Under the pieces are notes generated by a model. That model was not told the DNA's origin. It did no database searches and saw only the letters and a program-made list of their open reading frames with translations. Below, piece by piece: positions 12,493-24,922 of a DNA stretch of 64,000 bases. Both the position numbers and the translations under genes were made by a program. Position 1 is the stretch's first letter. Each line of letters opens with the position of its first letter. Source of the DNA: Eutreptiella sp. 'Long Island Sound 2002' (taxonomy: Eukaryota; Protista; Euglenida); the NCBI GenBank assembly GCA_964036045.1, contig OZ038379.1, positions 13,702,001-13,766,000 of the forward strand, written 5' to 3'.

Positions 12493-12790
12493 TTCACCTC
12501 TAGCAGACAGCACTGTGCTTGCATGATGCAAACACTGGGTCTCCCCCCCCTCTGGGCAGGCAGTCTGGGGCCTAGTGACGTGAACGGAGCAAAAAGGAAA
12601 ACAGTGCACAAAGGATTGTATTCTCTGGCACCTTTCTCCCAATGCAGCCCCCTCGCGTGTATACTGACAGTCATGCGCACGTTGACGCCCACCTCACGCT
12701 TAGGTTTGCCCGCTTCGCCAGGACCCTGGAGAGTTCCCAGTGGTAATGGAAGCGATCCCCAGAGTAGGTTGCACAACCCTCAAGCAAAAG
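12493..12790 (+). repeat. 298-bp direct repeat, copy 2
   Basis: Matches 8234-8531. Confidence 0.95.
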
Positions 12791-13549
12791 GACTGAGCAC
12801 CTACGGGTTGCCTGCTGTCGTCCCGCTGAATTTGTTGAAAGTATTTTGCGGCCAATCCTGGTCACCTACATACACTACACATTTGGCGGGAATGTCCCTT
12901 GGGTCTTGGCACTTTGAGGCATTTCTGCTGGAGGTCGTGCACAGAGAATCAGGAGAACTGTCTGGATCAGGCCTGTTCATTTGCTTTCAACGCTGGCATG
13001 TGCGGTTTCTCGTTGGTTTTATTCTTATTTATCTTGCCCCCCAGCCCTTCTTGCGCCTAGTCATCGGTTAAGATGTGTTTTTCGCGGCAGGAATATAAAT
13101 GGGAAGTTGGATTCCCTGTGTGTGTGACTGAGGACATCTGATCTGCAGCTCAGAGGTAAAATGCTTCCGTCCTTCAATGGTTGTTGTGAGTGCGAACCTT
13201 TGGTGCATACAGATGGGGTCATCTCGGGTCATCTCAGCGGTAGGCAACAATGAGGGGTGGCCGGAATCAAGGTGGGTAAGTTTATAGTTCCCACTGTATC
13301 CTGTTGTCCTACCCTTGTCCAAGCACCCACTGGGTGAATATGTTCAAATTTGGACCGAATGCTTGTGCGGTTCGTTGTGACAAAGGAATTCGCCGGGGTG
13401 CTCCACCTTTTGGTTCGGGGAGGACCATAAAGCGGATGCTATGGTGAGTCTCGAATATATCTTTGGTGTGAGGCTACGGGCTGTGGGAGGACAGCTGTGT
13501 CGTTGCAGGAAAGTTACCACGCTTGTTTTAGCCGACGGCACAATAGCGA

Positions 13550-13870
13550 CAAGCTCCCTGCTGCTGCGCATGTGCCGAGCGCCACGCTGCTGCCCATGTG
13601 CATGATTCTGTGCAGCTGCCCATGTGTGCGGCCCCCTGGTGCTGCCCATAGGCACTGCTCCCTGTTACCCCCCCCATGCACATTGCTCTGCTGCTGCCCG
13701 TTTGCAAAGCTCTTTGCTGCTGCCCTGTTGCACAGCTCCTTGTTGCTGCCTGCATGAACGCGTTGCCATGCTGCCCATGTGCACAGCTGCCCATGTGCAC
13801 AACTCCCGCTCTGATGTGCGGACCCCTGTGTTGCCGGCCGAGTTCACTGCTCCCTCCTGCAACACTATAC
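13550..13870. repeat. Degenerate minisatellite with core TGCTGCCCATGTGCAC
   Basis: Repeated ctgctgccc / gctgcccatgtgc motifs; boundaries approximate. Confidence 0.6.
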
Positions 13871-16800
13871 ATGTGCTTTTGAGCATAGTTTTGGTGGCAT
13901 CCCAAAGTCAGTAACAAGGCCCCAGAAGTAGTGTGCGGCGTCTGGGGAAGTGGCGAGCAGGTCATGGTATTCAACCCCCCAAATTTTCTTTTTACTCCTG
14001 CGTAATGAGTACAATAGGGGCACTCTGTATGCATGATGTGCTTAATCTCTGCCATCATTGTCTCCCACCCAGGGCACGGCTTAGTGTCGAATTTTACCTG
14101 TAATGGTGTGGGGGGGCCAGAGGCCAAAAATGTTTTTGTGTACCTAAAATCGGCCTCCAATTTCGGGCCCCTTTGATAGATTTCTTTTTTTTTTCTTTCC
14201 GGAGGAAACATTTTTGATGTGGGTGGGGGGTAGGTCAGGCAGAGGAGCCCCAGACCGCCATTCCGCCCCTCCCCCACCCCCCAGTAACAGTGATGCCACC
14301 TGTCACATTCTTCTTCTGCACACTGTTGCGTTTGATGTTTTTTCCTTCCTGCACAACATCACCAAGGCACCCTGTCCTGTAGCATGTGTGGGTCTTGATC
14401 CTGGGTGCCCTGCCGCATGGTTGTTTGTTGTTGTTGTTCTGGTTAGTGGTTTTGCAGCTTACAAGTGAGGAGCCGTCACTCTATCCAGGAGGTTGGGCGC
14501 GCGCTTGGCCGATTGCCTGGCAGCTCTGGCTGGGACCCCAAAGAGGGGCCGACATTTGCGAAGGTAAGGGCAAGTGGGATATGGCAGGGAGCACATGACC
14601 AGCCAATTTTAAACAAACCACATGTCTGGTTTCAGATTTGCATTATGTGGCTTGACTGTCATTGTGTGTGCTGGCAATTACAAGGGGGAAATAATACGCC
14701 CGGCGTCTCGGATGTGAACACTGGAAAAAAAAAAAACACCACTGTCAATTGCCCACCCGAGTGTTTCACGCTTACAGAATGTCAGGAACATCCTATCTGA
14801 TTCAAGTGAGACAGAAATAATTGTGGCTCAGAGTTTCTCTCATTGTCACCGTGGTATGGAATGTGGTCAGATCTGTCAATGTCTATCTTTCAGCAAAGCA
14901 CAACGTCATGGAGTTGTCTTTTTCATACGGCATGGGTTTTGGAAAAAGCTTCGAGCCTCTTTCCGCGAGTCAAGAATGGCATCCATTTTTAACAACACCC
15001 TGAGGGTCGACATAATTTAGATTGCCAATGTGCAACAGCAAGCAGACATGCGGCTGCATTGCGGGGACAGAATAGGAGCAGTCAACTGCAGCTGCAGCCA
15101 CACCATTTTGTTCCAGGTGTCATGAACGGGATGCTGTGACTGGGTGGTGGATGTCTGTGGCTTGGATGACCTGTGCGTTATCTCCCAAGACGACACATCT
15201 TATGCCCTAGCTGCAGACCCTGACATCCAGCAGAGAAATATCCTTTTGGAGCTGCAACATGTGAAAGTAATTCAGGATCCTCAAGTGCAGCAACTTTTCA
15301 CCCAATGACAATGGGCTGCCACCCACTCTGGTTGCGAGCACAAAGGTTGTACACAGTGGCCCAAGTCGGGCAGGCCAGCCAAAATTAGAAGAGAGGAGGG
15401 GGAGGGTGGTCTGGGACCCCAAATTTGTGTACCAAGAATGGCCCGACCAGATTTTCACCATTGTGAATCTCTATGGTCACTTTGGTTGGGGCTTTGGGCT
15501 TTGGGCTATCCTTCCCACCCCGATGAGGGCCTTATGGGCCCCCGGGTTGCCTCTACAGGGAAGCCAGGCGCAGGCGCACCACACACACCCCGCAGCCAGG
15601 CAGCTGGAGGGCGGGGCACACGCCTCCTAGTGCGGACATGCTTGTGTTGTGCTGGGGTGTGGGTGTGTCCAATGGGGTGCTTGCTGTCGAGGCGTAGGCG
15701 GCGCACTGGCTGGCGCAGTGACCAGCTCGCAAGTGTGGCAAAACAGGAGACTTTGCAAAATCACAACCAAGGTGCGATAAAATTCATAAGTTTCGCATGT
15801 CTTTCAGCTCCAGCTTCCCGTTGACTATCTGTTTGGTAAAAACTTAGAACTTTTGTTGAATAGATTAGAAGAACAACTTGCTGCCACATTTCCCACCCCC
15901 TACACAAACCAGCTGCCAATAGTTAAGCAGCAAGTGAACTAGCTGGGTGGAAATAAAATTGAAAAGAGAGAGGTGTATCTTATATACTTGTTAACTCATT
16001 ACACTGCATCTGTGTCGCATCAACACATATAGATATTTGTGGCATACACAGCATTAAAACAAAGTGTTGGTAGTCAAAAAAAGTACACCCATGAACCCAC
16101 AGACAACTAAAAGCAGTTCCATTCATCAAGTGGGTAAGACAAGTGACATTGCAAAAAGAGACTAGCATCTGATGACACTGTGGCCCCAAAGCGCAACCGC
16201 ATGTACTTGTCACTCCTGCGTTGGCAGCAGCCCTGTACCGGAACAAAACACACTTTTTATATCAATCAGTACACTATATATATAAACACAAGTCATCGCA
16301 TCTTTTAGTTCCGCTATATGGCTAGCTATACATGCGGGCATTGTCCCTCCCATTGTATGTAGACTTGCCGCTCACTCTGCACGGAGAATGCCGCTTTTTT
16401 CTTGCTATTTACTATGCTTCATCCTACCGTGCCACTGCTGAGCCTCAAAGGATTGAAAATTCAGCACTCCGTCTCTCCACATATCCTGCGGTGGCAGTGC
16501 AGTGTGCTGTGCATTGTTGTAGTGTACATATACATCAAATCTGTATTTTTGGTAGAGCAGTTGTTCGTTGTGTGGTAGTGCCAAATACCGTTTCGCCTCA
16601 TGTCCCCCACAACCCAGGATTAAAGACAGATCTGGTCTGATTTCTTCATCCCAACACTGAGACACTACTGCTTCGTGTTCAGCAGACATGGTTGGCCCGA
16701 CAGATAGAAGCGCCCCATCGGGTGTCGGCACCAAAGGTGACTGCGGTGAGGCCGGCGACAGTGCTGGCATTGGGGACATGGGGGACACAGGGGACACCGG

Positions 16801-17824
16801 GTCTTCCTTCATCACATCTGGTGGCGTCACTGCACGCTCAGGTTGCAGCGTGCATGTTCGCTGCTGGGATGAGCTGGCACAGTGTGTGTGTGTGTGTCAT
16901 AGTGTCCCGTGCTGTGACCTTGTGGTTTGTTGTGGTGGTGATGGTGTGACTGGTTGGGCCACGGGTTTGGTTGTTGTGTTGGCTGGGCGGTTTTTCTGTG
17001 CCGTGGCGGGCTGTTTGGGCTTCGTTTGTTTGCTTTTATGCGTGTTTCGCTGGCGCTCTTTTGGTATTGGTTTTGGTTGCAACAAATTGGCAAACTGGGG
17101 TATATAGTACATTGCATCGGTCGCCATGGCAGGAGTCACACTACCTATTGTTTGTCTGGCACGGGGGGTTGTGGGCTTAGGGAACCTATACCTCTGTTGT
17201 TAAATTGGCAAGTTGGGTGTGTATTGTTGTGCCATGCGCATTTGTATGTGTGGTGGTGCACCGTTTGTGTGTGTGACCTGTATCTGTGCAAGCAGGGTTT
17301 TTAGGGTTGGGCCCCTCATCTTGCAACTGCATGTCGTATATATGTTGAAACTTGTGAAATATGGACGTAAGCGGCACATGGAACATACCTGAACGGGTGC
17401 ACAGGCAGCGAACCTGGGTGATGGCCCTGTGAATCATTGCTCTGTGGGGTAAGTGCCAGGTAACTGCGGTGTTCCGCGTCCTAGAGCATAGCAATAGCTC
17501 ACTGGGCACCGCAGGTTCCTCCTATCGCTACCCCTCTCCTCTGGTGTAGTACCCTGCCACCGACAGTGAAGAGGTGAGCAAACATTTGCACTGCTTTGAA
17601 GTGTATTCTTGTCAATGCCCAAGTTCCATTTTTCTTTTTGCGGTTCCATTTTTGAGTGCCATTCCACTATAGACCGATGCCAGAAGTCCTGTCTGCCCTT
17701 GATGTATTGATGTGCAAGGCAGGTTCCCACCATCCCTCATACATCATGTCACATGGTGCGCATTTTCTCATTGTGGAAGAGGGTGCGCTCCAATAAGTGG
17801 CCCAACATGAAATGTGCAACACAA

Positions 17825-17829
<5 letters not shown>

Positions 17830-17874
<45 letters not shown>

Positions 17875-17888
17875 ATGTATGTGTGCGC
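17830..17888. repeat. Compound (CT)n(GT)n microsatellite
   Basis: Directly visible. Confidence 0.9.
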
Positions 17889-19860
17889 GGATGCTGAAAG
17901 AGAGAGATCAGCGGAACAACACTACAAGGAACAAGGGGGAAGGGAGCATGTGGAGTTGAACTAATGAGAGGCTCCAAGGCTCCCTTGGTTGTACCATACC
18001 AAGAATTGGGTTCCGATGCATTTTTTTGCAATGCATGTATGTTTTTGTGTACCCTTACAGACAAATGAGACATACCTGCACAATTTTTGTGGGCGCAGAG
18101 ACACTACAGTGAACGAATGGCAAGGCCTACACAAAAGATGCCCCACCAAAGCCTCAAAGCTGAAACAAGCAGCATGCACACAAATTCAGCACCGCACAAA
18201 GGCAAAACAAAAGAGTGCTCATGATGCCACATATGTTTCGCTTTTGTACACCTCCTGAGTTTCTAGTTAACCCAGCCGGTCCTCAATTAGTCTTCTAGTC
18301 TTAACCTTGTCATCTCTTTCAAGAAGCACGAGATTGCCTCTTGCTCTCTCATTTGTCATGTAATAGAAACCACATGCTACAATAAATTTGTTAGAAAATT
18401 GACATGCGGTTTGAAGTCGATGAGTAGCTTTGTTCACCTGTCTTTTATGCTCTATACTACCAATTGCATGGATCGCAACACTTTTGTTTCATGCCATTCG
18501 CTATCACAATTTGAACTTGCTTGTCTGCGTGCACCTGATCTAGCTCAGCCTTACAGTATAGTTTCTCTGCGGGACCCGGTCCTGAAGCATATCTCATTTG
18601 ACGGTGTTGTTGGCTTGTGCCAAGTCAAGTGTGGTACCTGAAGAAGAACCTGGCATTGAGAAGCGAGATGTGTGAGGGCAAAGAAATGGGTTACAATAAT
18701 GTGGGCATGTGGCATATGTGCTTTCTTGTTAAATTGAGATGTCCGTTTTGTAATTACATTTTGTACAAAACCAACCGGGCACAATGCAAAGGCGAACCAT
18801 TCTATTTGGTCATCCGGAGAAGCATGTCATGCACATGGTGTTACATTGGAGGCCATGGAACACATCCAGCGGCGTCCTAATTGAACATGCAATGACGAAT
18901 TTGTTGGTGTTCTGTGGCACTTAGCATGCAACCGTTTTGCTTCCCTCCCCCCAAGCCCTCCCTAGACACCAAACCCCTTTCTGCTTGAGAAGCCAAGAAC
19001 AATAGTGCCTCCCCTTCCACCACCCATCTGTTGTTATGGATTGACTTTGTGCATTGAGCTGTCCCATTTTCGTACTTAGAACCAACGTTTCATGTTGACC
19101 TCGATCTTCTGCCCAATGGGGCCGAAATGGTTTCAGTTTTCTGAAAATTTCAACTTGAACCACGGACAGGGGGAACATATGTGTATTCTCAGTCATTCCA
19201 ACCCAACAAGCCGCCCAACTGATCTGCTGTTTTGGGCCAGTTCCATGCAAATGCGAGGCAAGCCCCATGCACGCTTCAATTTTTAAGAAATTAGGGTGCG
19301 CAGATCCATTAAATAGGAGTAAAATCAACTCTCCAAATATGCAAAACCCAAGCGTTTGGAACTCGGCACTCCAAAGTGATGTCGGAGGTCACCATCACCA
19401 TCTCTCCAACGGGGCTTCCTCACTCAAAAAATCATTTGTGCATCACTATAAGGACCTAGAATGGTTTTTGTGAAGGAAAATTCCAAAGTTTGAAGAAAGC
19501 AACGTCACACAAGCTCAATAGATGAAAACTTCCATTGGCCCTATTTCGGCATCTATTGGCAACCACTTCTCCATCTCTTCGTGACCGTTAGAGCAAAAGG
19601 AAAAAAAGAAAACCGCCTCCGGGATTTGTGGTGTCTGGACTGGCTACGGACCAACGGCGGTTGGCAGTTAACCAATGGCGGTTGACAGTTGACGGACGGC
19701 GGTTGGCAGTTGGTGAGGTTGTTGGGTTGGTGGGAGCAAGGGGGTCAGGAGAAATGGTCGCGAAGAGATGGAGAAACAGTTGCGAAGAGATGAGGAAACG
19801 CTTACAGTCCCCCCTGCCAGGGTGAGGGGGGTCCCCCCTGCCCTTCCCTTTCCTTCAAAG

Positions 19861-20202
19861 GTCCGTGCCCCACTTGCCAACAGATGTGAAACTGCTGTCC
19901 AAATGCCTGCACTCACCGGGGCCAAAAATGTCTGCCTCCATTTTGAGGATACGACGGCCATCATCAGCGTCGACCTTACCACTACACATGGTCCCAACGC
20001 TTCGGCTTCGAAGACCCTCATCGGTACGACCCTCGGTTACAAACTGATTGGTTCGACGGGGGCCCTGATGTGGCTGACCGTGTCTATGGAAGCAGGCAAG
20101 GCTGTAGACCTGAGCGGTGACGTGCCCTGCCCTGATGGCCTCAAGAACTGTACCCTCGAAGTGGAGGGGCCAATGCTAAAGATCAGTGTAGATTTGACGC
20201 AG
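19861..20202 (+). CDS. Exon encoding one and a half copies of an uncharacterised ~55-aa domain; upstream exon of the helicase gene
   Basis: Polypyrimidine tract and AG at 19860; cag|GTATTG donor; phase 0-0. Encodes KNVCLHFEDTTAIISVDLTTTHGPNASASKTLIGTTLG and KNCTLEVEGPMLKISVDLTQ. The second copy is completed by the exon at 23990. The 5' boundary is less certain. Confidence 0.75.
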
Positions 20203-21854
20203 GTATTGCAAAGGGTTGCCACTGGACAGGGTGCGGAAAACAACCAATTGTAACTTGGGGTGTATCTTTCGAAAGGGAGTGTGAATTTTATCAAATCGGA
20301 CATTCCAGCAAGACTTTGTTGAATTGAATGATGCCGTCCCACCATTTTGGCCGTACTGTCTGACCGCCGTCGTTGCCCTCCAACCGCCGTCAGTTGCCGT
20401 CCAAACGCCGTTGGCCACCCTCCAACCGCCTTTAGATTGTGGGCCTGAATAATGAGCTAACCTCTGGACAGCGTGAGCTTTTTCCTCTAGTAAAAAACGT
20501 CCTGGACGTGCACGACCTGTTTACTGTTTGGGGGATTGCCTTACAGGACAAGATGTAGCCAGATCAGGAACATCCCCCAGTACTTCACAGGCCGGAGGAA
20601 AACCGGGGAAAATGAGAGGGAAGGAAAGGCAGCGAAGAGGAACGGAGGCAGAATGGGGTAAAATTGGGACAGATAGGGGTGCACACCTTAAATGCGGCAC
20701 AAACCGAAGTGTAAGAGCAGTTGCTGTAGTTGTCGCATGGCTGTGTACTAGATGCGACCCCATTTCCACTTTTATCCCCATTTTTTTGCTTGCTTCACCG
20801 TTTGTACTGTCGTGACCCTCAACCAAAGAAAATGGTGTGATGAGAGTCTAGTTGGCTCAGGTGCACAGGTTCACTTTACCTTTTGGTAAGGGTCCTGATT
20901 ACTGATTAGGCCCAGCCACTGATCCCGGGGCATGTGCAGGTGGACGAGAGAGAACTTGTCCCGTACCAAACCCCCCACCCCAGTAAGGCCAGTGTGGGGA
21001 TGTATCTGGTAGAAATTCTGATGGCATTCCCAGGGAAAACGACCCCTTCAGTAGTCTGAGCCGACCTTTTGGTGCTTGTTCTTCTTCAAAGAAAATGTGG
21101 CGCACTTTGTCCTACCAATTATGAAGGATTGTGGCGCAGTTCACCCTGTATTAAATTTTTCGCGACATAATTTGTCCTGTACCAAACCAACACCCTCTGT
21201 AGAGCGACCACAGGAGGGGATGCCCATCTACAAGTTTTTTGAGTGCACAACTGATGTGTTAAGGGGCACCCATGGCTGAAGTTGGGTTTTTGGACTGCCA
21301 AGACAAGCTCACGGTCCCTCCTACAACTGGCCATAGCTGAGTGATGACAATACCCCCGGCGGTGGGTGGCTGGGTTGGTTAGAGGCCCCCCAAAAGGTTG
21401 TGTACCTAAGACCGGCCTTCAGGACCGGCCCCCAACCACCTGTGCAAATTTCATTTTTACCCTTCTCAAAGACTTTTTGGGTTTGGTGGGTGGGTTCCAG
21501 GGCCGACCCGGGTCCCACATCGGCCCCGCGTCACCCCTCCCCTGCCAGCCTGGAATCAAGCCAACACACAGCGAGAGGATGCAGTGCCATGGGCTCCTGA
21601 CCTTTTTGGGACTTGGGAACACCGACTCCAACTTTTGAGCCCCAGGATAATGCCCAAGGCGTCTTAGAAAAAGGTTTGCGGGGGAGGGGGGTCGTTCGAG
21701 CCCCCTGACCCCCCCCCCCCCCCGGGGGGGGTTGGAAAAGGGGCTCCCGTGACAGAGCCTTTATAAAGTGGCAGTCTGAGGCCCAGTCCTGGCTCAGAAA
21801 TGGGGCCGCAAAGTGGCCCGAACGAAAATTTTTTTGGAAAAATTCCTCCATATG

Positions 21855-21897
21855 TACCTCAAAATGATCAGCGCGTCGCGGCGATCATTTTGAGGTA
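21855..21897. repeat. Perfect 15-bp inverted repeat within a dispersed repeat
   Basis: TACCTCAAAATGATC - 13 nt - GATCATTTTGAGGTA; diverged relative at about 32635-32680. Confidence 0.85.
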
Positions 21898-23989
21898 TAT
21901 ATGTCGGGGTACCCCGGATCCCCCCCCCCCCCTCCCCACACACGAACACAAGAACAGTTGCAGTTTGAATGATGATTGCGCACACCCACCCTGTGGGCGC
22001 ATCCGGGCCTTCTGTCACGGGAGCCATCCCCCCAGGGGGGGTGGGGTCCAGGAAATTGGGCATGAACGACCTCCCCCCCCTGCAAACCTTTTTTTACCCA
22101 CCCCAACACACGGAAAAGGTATCGTTCAGCACACAGTGGTGGCAAGGGCAGTGGCACGAGTGGGGGCAACGCTTCCGTCAAGCATCCCCACCCACTCTGC
22201 CTGCTATCTCTCTCCACCTTCAAAGCACTATCCGTCGCTAGGCAGAGCACCCAAGGGGGGGTGGCTCACCCTGTGTGGAATGGGGATCAAAGCCTCAAGC
22301 ACATGGATTGGTGGGGGGATGCGCACCACCAGCTCTTGAGGTTTTACTTGGGCCAGAATCCTCTCTCGCCCTCAGCCAGCCCACTACCTGAGCCGTCTTG
22401 TGTTCATAACACCACTAGACCCATCCCCAGGGCTGTGCTTGAGGGGGACGGAGGCTGAAGGGAGGGTTCAGGAGCGGTTGCAAGAGCGGTTAGTGGCGGC
22501 TGGAAAGCGGTTGCAGGGGCCGTGCTGGCGGTTTTAAAACGGTTGGAGGCCACGGGGGGCGGACAGAAGCGGTTGGGGCGGAAGTGACAGTCATCCTCTA
22601 AGTGAGGGGGGGGGGGGGGTACAGCATCCCCTTCGAGCGCAGGCCTGCCCATCACTCATGTCTTCACACATTCATCGCATTGTCCAGGTTCAGTAGCAAC
22701 ATGTGGAGCTTCACCCCCATTTGTTTGTGTTCCTCGATGCACCCTGAGATCATTGCTTGCTCTCGTGCACTTTCTCCCTTTTGCCCGCTCTTCCGATACC
22801 TCACTCCCTCGCTTCACGTTTTGTCAAACGTGCGTCACAGATCGCCAAACACGTCTCACACATCGTCAACGCATTGCACAATGCTCAACGTGCTTCACAC
22901 ACCGTCACATTCACTTCATACATCGTCAAGCAAAAGCTTCATGCATCATCACACACACCTCGTACAACATCACACACGCTATTTCTGCCTTCGGGTCCAG
23001 GCGTACCAGGGCATTGGGGGCTCTTACTGCGCGGTGTGTGTAAGAAAACAATAGAAGATTTGTTGCATTTTGGTTGTGAGCGATAATGATAGCTGTTTGC
23101 TGCTTATTGGTGTGAAACATGATACCCACCACGTTTTTGGGGTGGAGCCCCTGCAAGACCCGGGGAATCGGGGGCCAAGCCTTTTGCAATGGCTACTTCC
23201 TCCGGAGTACCAATGGCATTTGTCACATTAGCCATGGCATACCTCCTCCTATCGCGAGTGTGGACAATGGGTATAGGGGCCCAATTTTTTTTGTCAATAC
23301 CACGTGCTTGCTAAGTACGGACAACGACATGTATTCCCAAACTCGTGCGGTGCGCGTGGTGCGCATCACTGGAAAGCATTGGCCAGCAGGGTACCGAGCA
23401 CTTTGACCGGGCCTGCTGATCTGAAGACGGTCCTGTGTACGAGCACAAGGCCTACATCTGGCCCATCCTCGGGGTGGATTCCGGGCGCAGAAGTCCCTTC
23501 TTGCCCCATTGAGGTGCAGTAAATAGGGAGAACAACCGGAAACTGCGTGGTGCAGAGGAAGTTGTGCCTGGATATGAGCAATGCAGTCCCTCCCCCTCCT
23601 CCCCCCTAGAGCCGTAGGGCACTCCGCCATCGCAGAGGCGAGCAAGTGCAGCGTGATAGCGGTGATCAAAGGGTTGACGGAAGACAAGATCGCACCCCTG
23701 TACTGCCCTCCGCACTGAAGTTGACTAGACCCAGAAAGAAAGTGCTGGGTGCAGGTTGGGAAACAGGACAAGGAGGTCGAGAGTGGCCAGAGGCCTATTG
23801 ACGCCGCCAGCTGCCAAGAGCAGCCAAATTCCAAGGCTTCGTGCCACCCCACCCCCCCTGTCCCGGGTCACTAAGCTAGGGCCTATCCTGAACCCTGTTG
23901 TTCAATGGTCAGCCCCGTTGCACCATTCCTCTAGCCATCCTCCCAGGCCCCCACCCTCCCTTTTCTCGATGTCTCCTATGTACCAAAAG

Positions 23990-24922
23990 GACTGTGGGGC
24001 GAGTGGCAGCGGCAAGACCACCGTGATCGCCAGCACCTCCGGCAACAAAGCCCTGGGCACGACGAATGTGCTCTTGAGTCTGAACATGTTCGCGAAACAC
24101 AAACTGAGACTCAACACCCTCGGCCCCGTGGTTGCCGCGGCCGGAGCGCCGAGTGACGCCGATGCCCGGCCCCTGAGAGACTACCAGCGGGACATTGTGG
24201 CACGTTTGGTCCGCGAGGAGCCGCCGTTTGTGGTACAGATGGCGTCGGGTACGGGGAAGACGGAGGTGTTCCTGGCGTACATCCTGCGGAAGATTCAGGC
24301 GGATCCCTCCCTCAAGGTGCTCGTGCTGGTGCCGACCCAGGCACTGTGTGAGCAGACGTGCGAGCGGGCGAGGGTGGTCCAGCCGGGTCTGGGGGTGGAC
24401 TATGTGCACACCGAGCACGCGGGCGGCGCGCACGCCCAGGTCCTGGTCATGACGTATTGTCAGCCGTGGAAAAACCTCCCTGGGGACCGGCAGCTGATCA
24501 TCTACGACGAGGCCCACCACCTCTCCCCCAAGAGCAAGACCAACAAGGAGTGGTGGCACCTCTATGCCAAGCCCAAAGCGGACAAGGTCTGCTTCACGGC
24601 GACCCCCAACGCCACTATGCAGCCCCCGGCAGAGCGATTCGGCCGCGTTCTGCGGTACGAGACCCCCGACGGCCTCCTGCTCCCATTCACCATCGACCGG
24701 GGGATCGGCACCGTCACCGGCCCATGCCCCGTGCTGCAGGACTACAGGTTTGTGGTTGGGTCCTCCGGGTACCTGACGTTCGGGGACTTTGTTGGCCGGC
24801 AGGAGGTGGAGCTCCTGCGGGCATTCGTGCGGCGGGGGAAGAAGAGCATCCTGGCCAGGGTGCTCACCTGTGAGCTGGCGAACGACATTGCCAACCAACC
24901 GTATATCCGAAAGCTGTTTCAG
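23990..24922 (+). CDS. Exon: end of the uncharacterised domain plus an SF2 (DEAH, ResIII-like) helicase ATPase lobe
   Basis: Boundaries caaaAG|gac ... cag|GTGCCT, phase 0. DCGASGSGKTTVIASTSGN, then LRDYQ (Q motif), MASGTGKT (I), LVPTQAL (Ia), YDEAHH (II), TATP (III). C-terminal lobe exons not located. Confidence 0.85.

Noticed and set aside
15207-16830. Nested minus-strand gene (LGEKLLHLRILNY...; PVSPVSPMSP...)
   Set aside because: Isolated fragments without recognisable domains or linkable splice sites.
22900-23850. Minus-strand transposase remnant
   Set aside because: Coding-like but no convincing catalytic motif; multiple stops.
24002-24022. P-loop (GASGSGKT) ahead of the helicase
   Set aside because: It aligns with the G.S.SGKT motif of the repeated small domain; the helicase Walker A is MASGTGKT further on.
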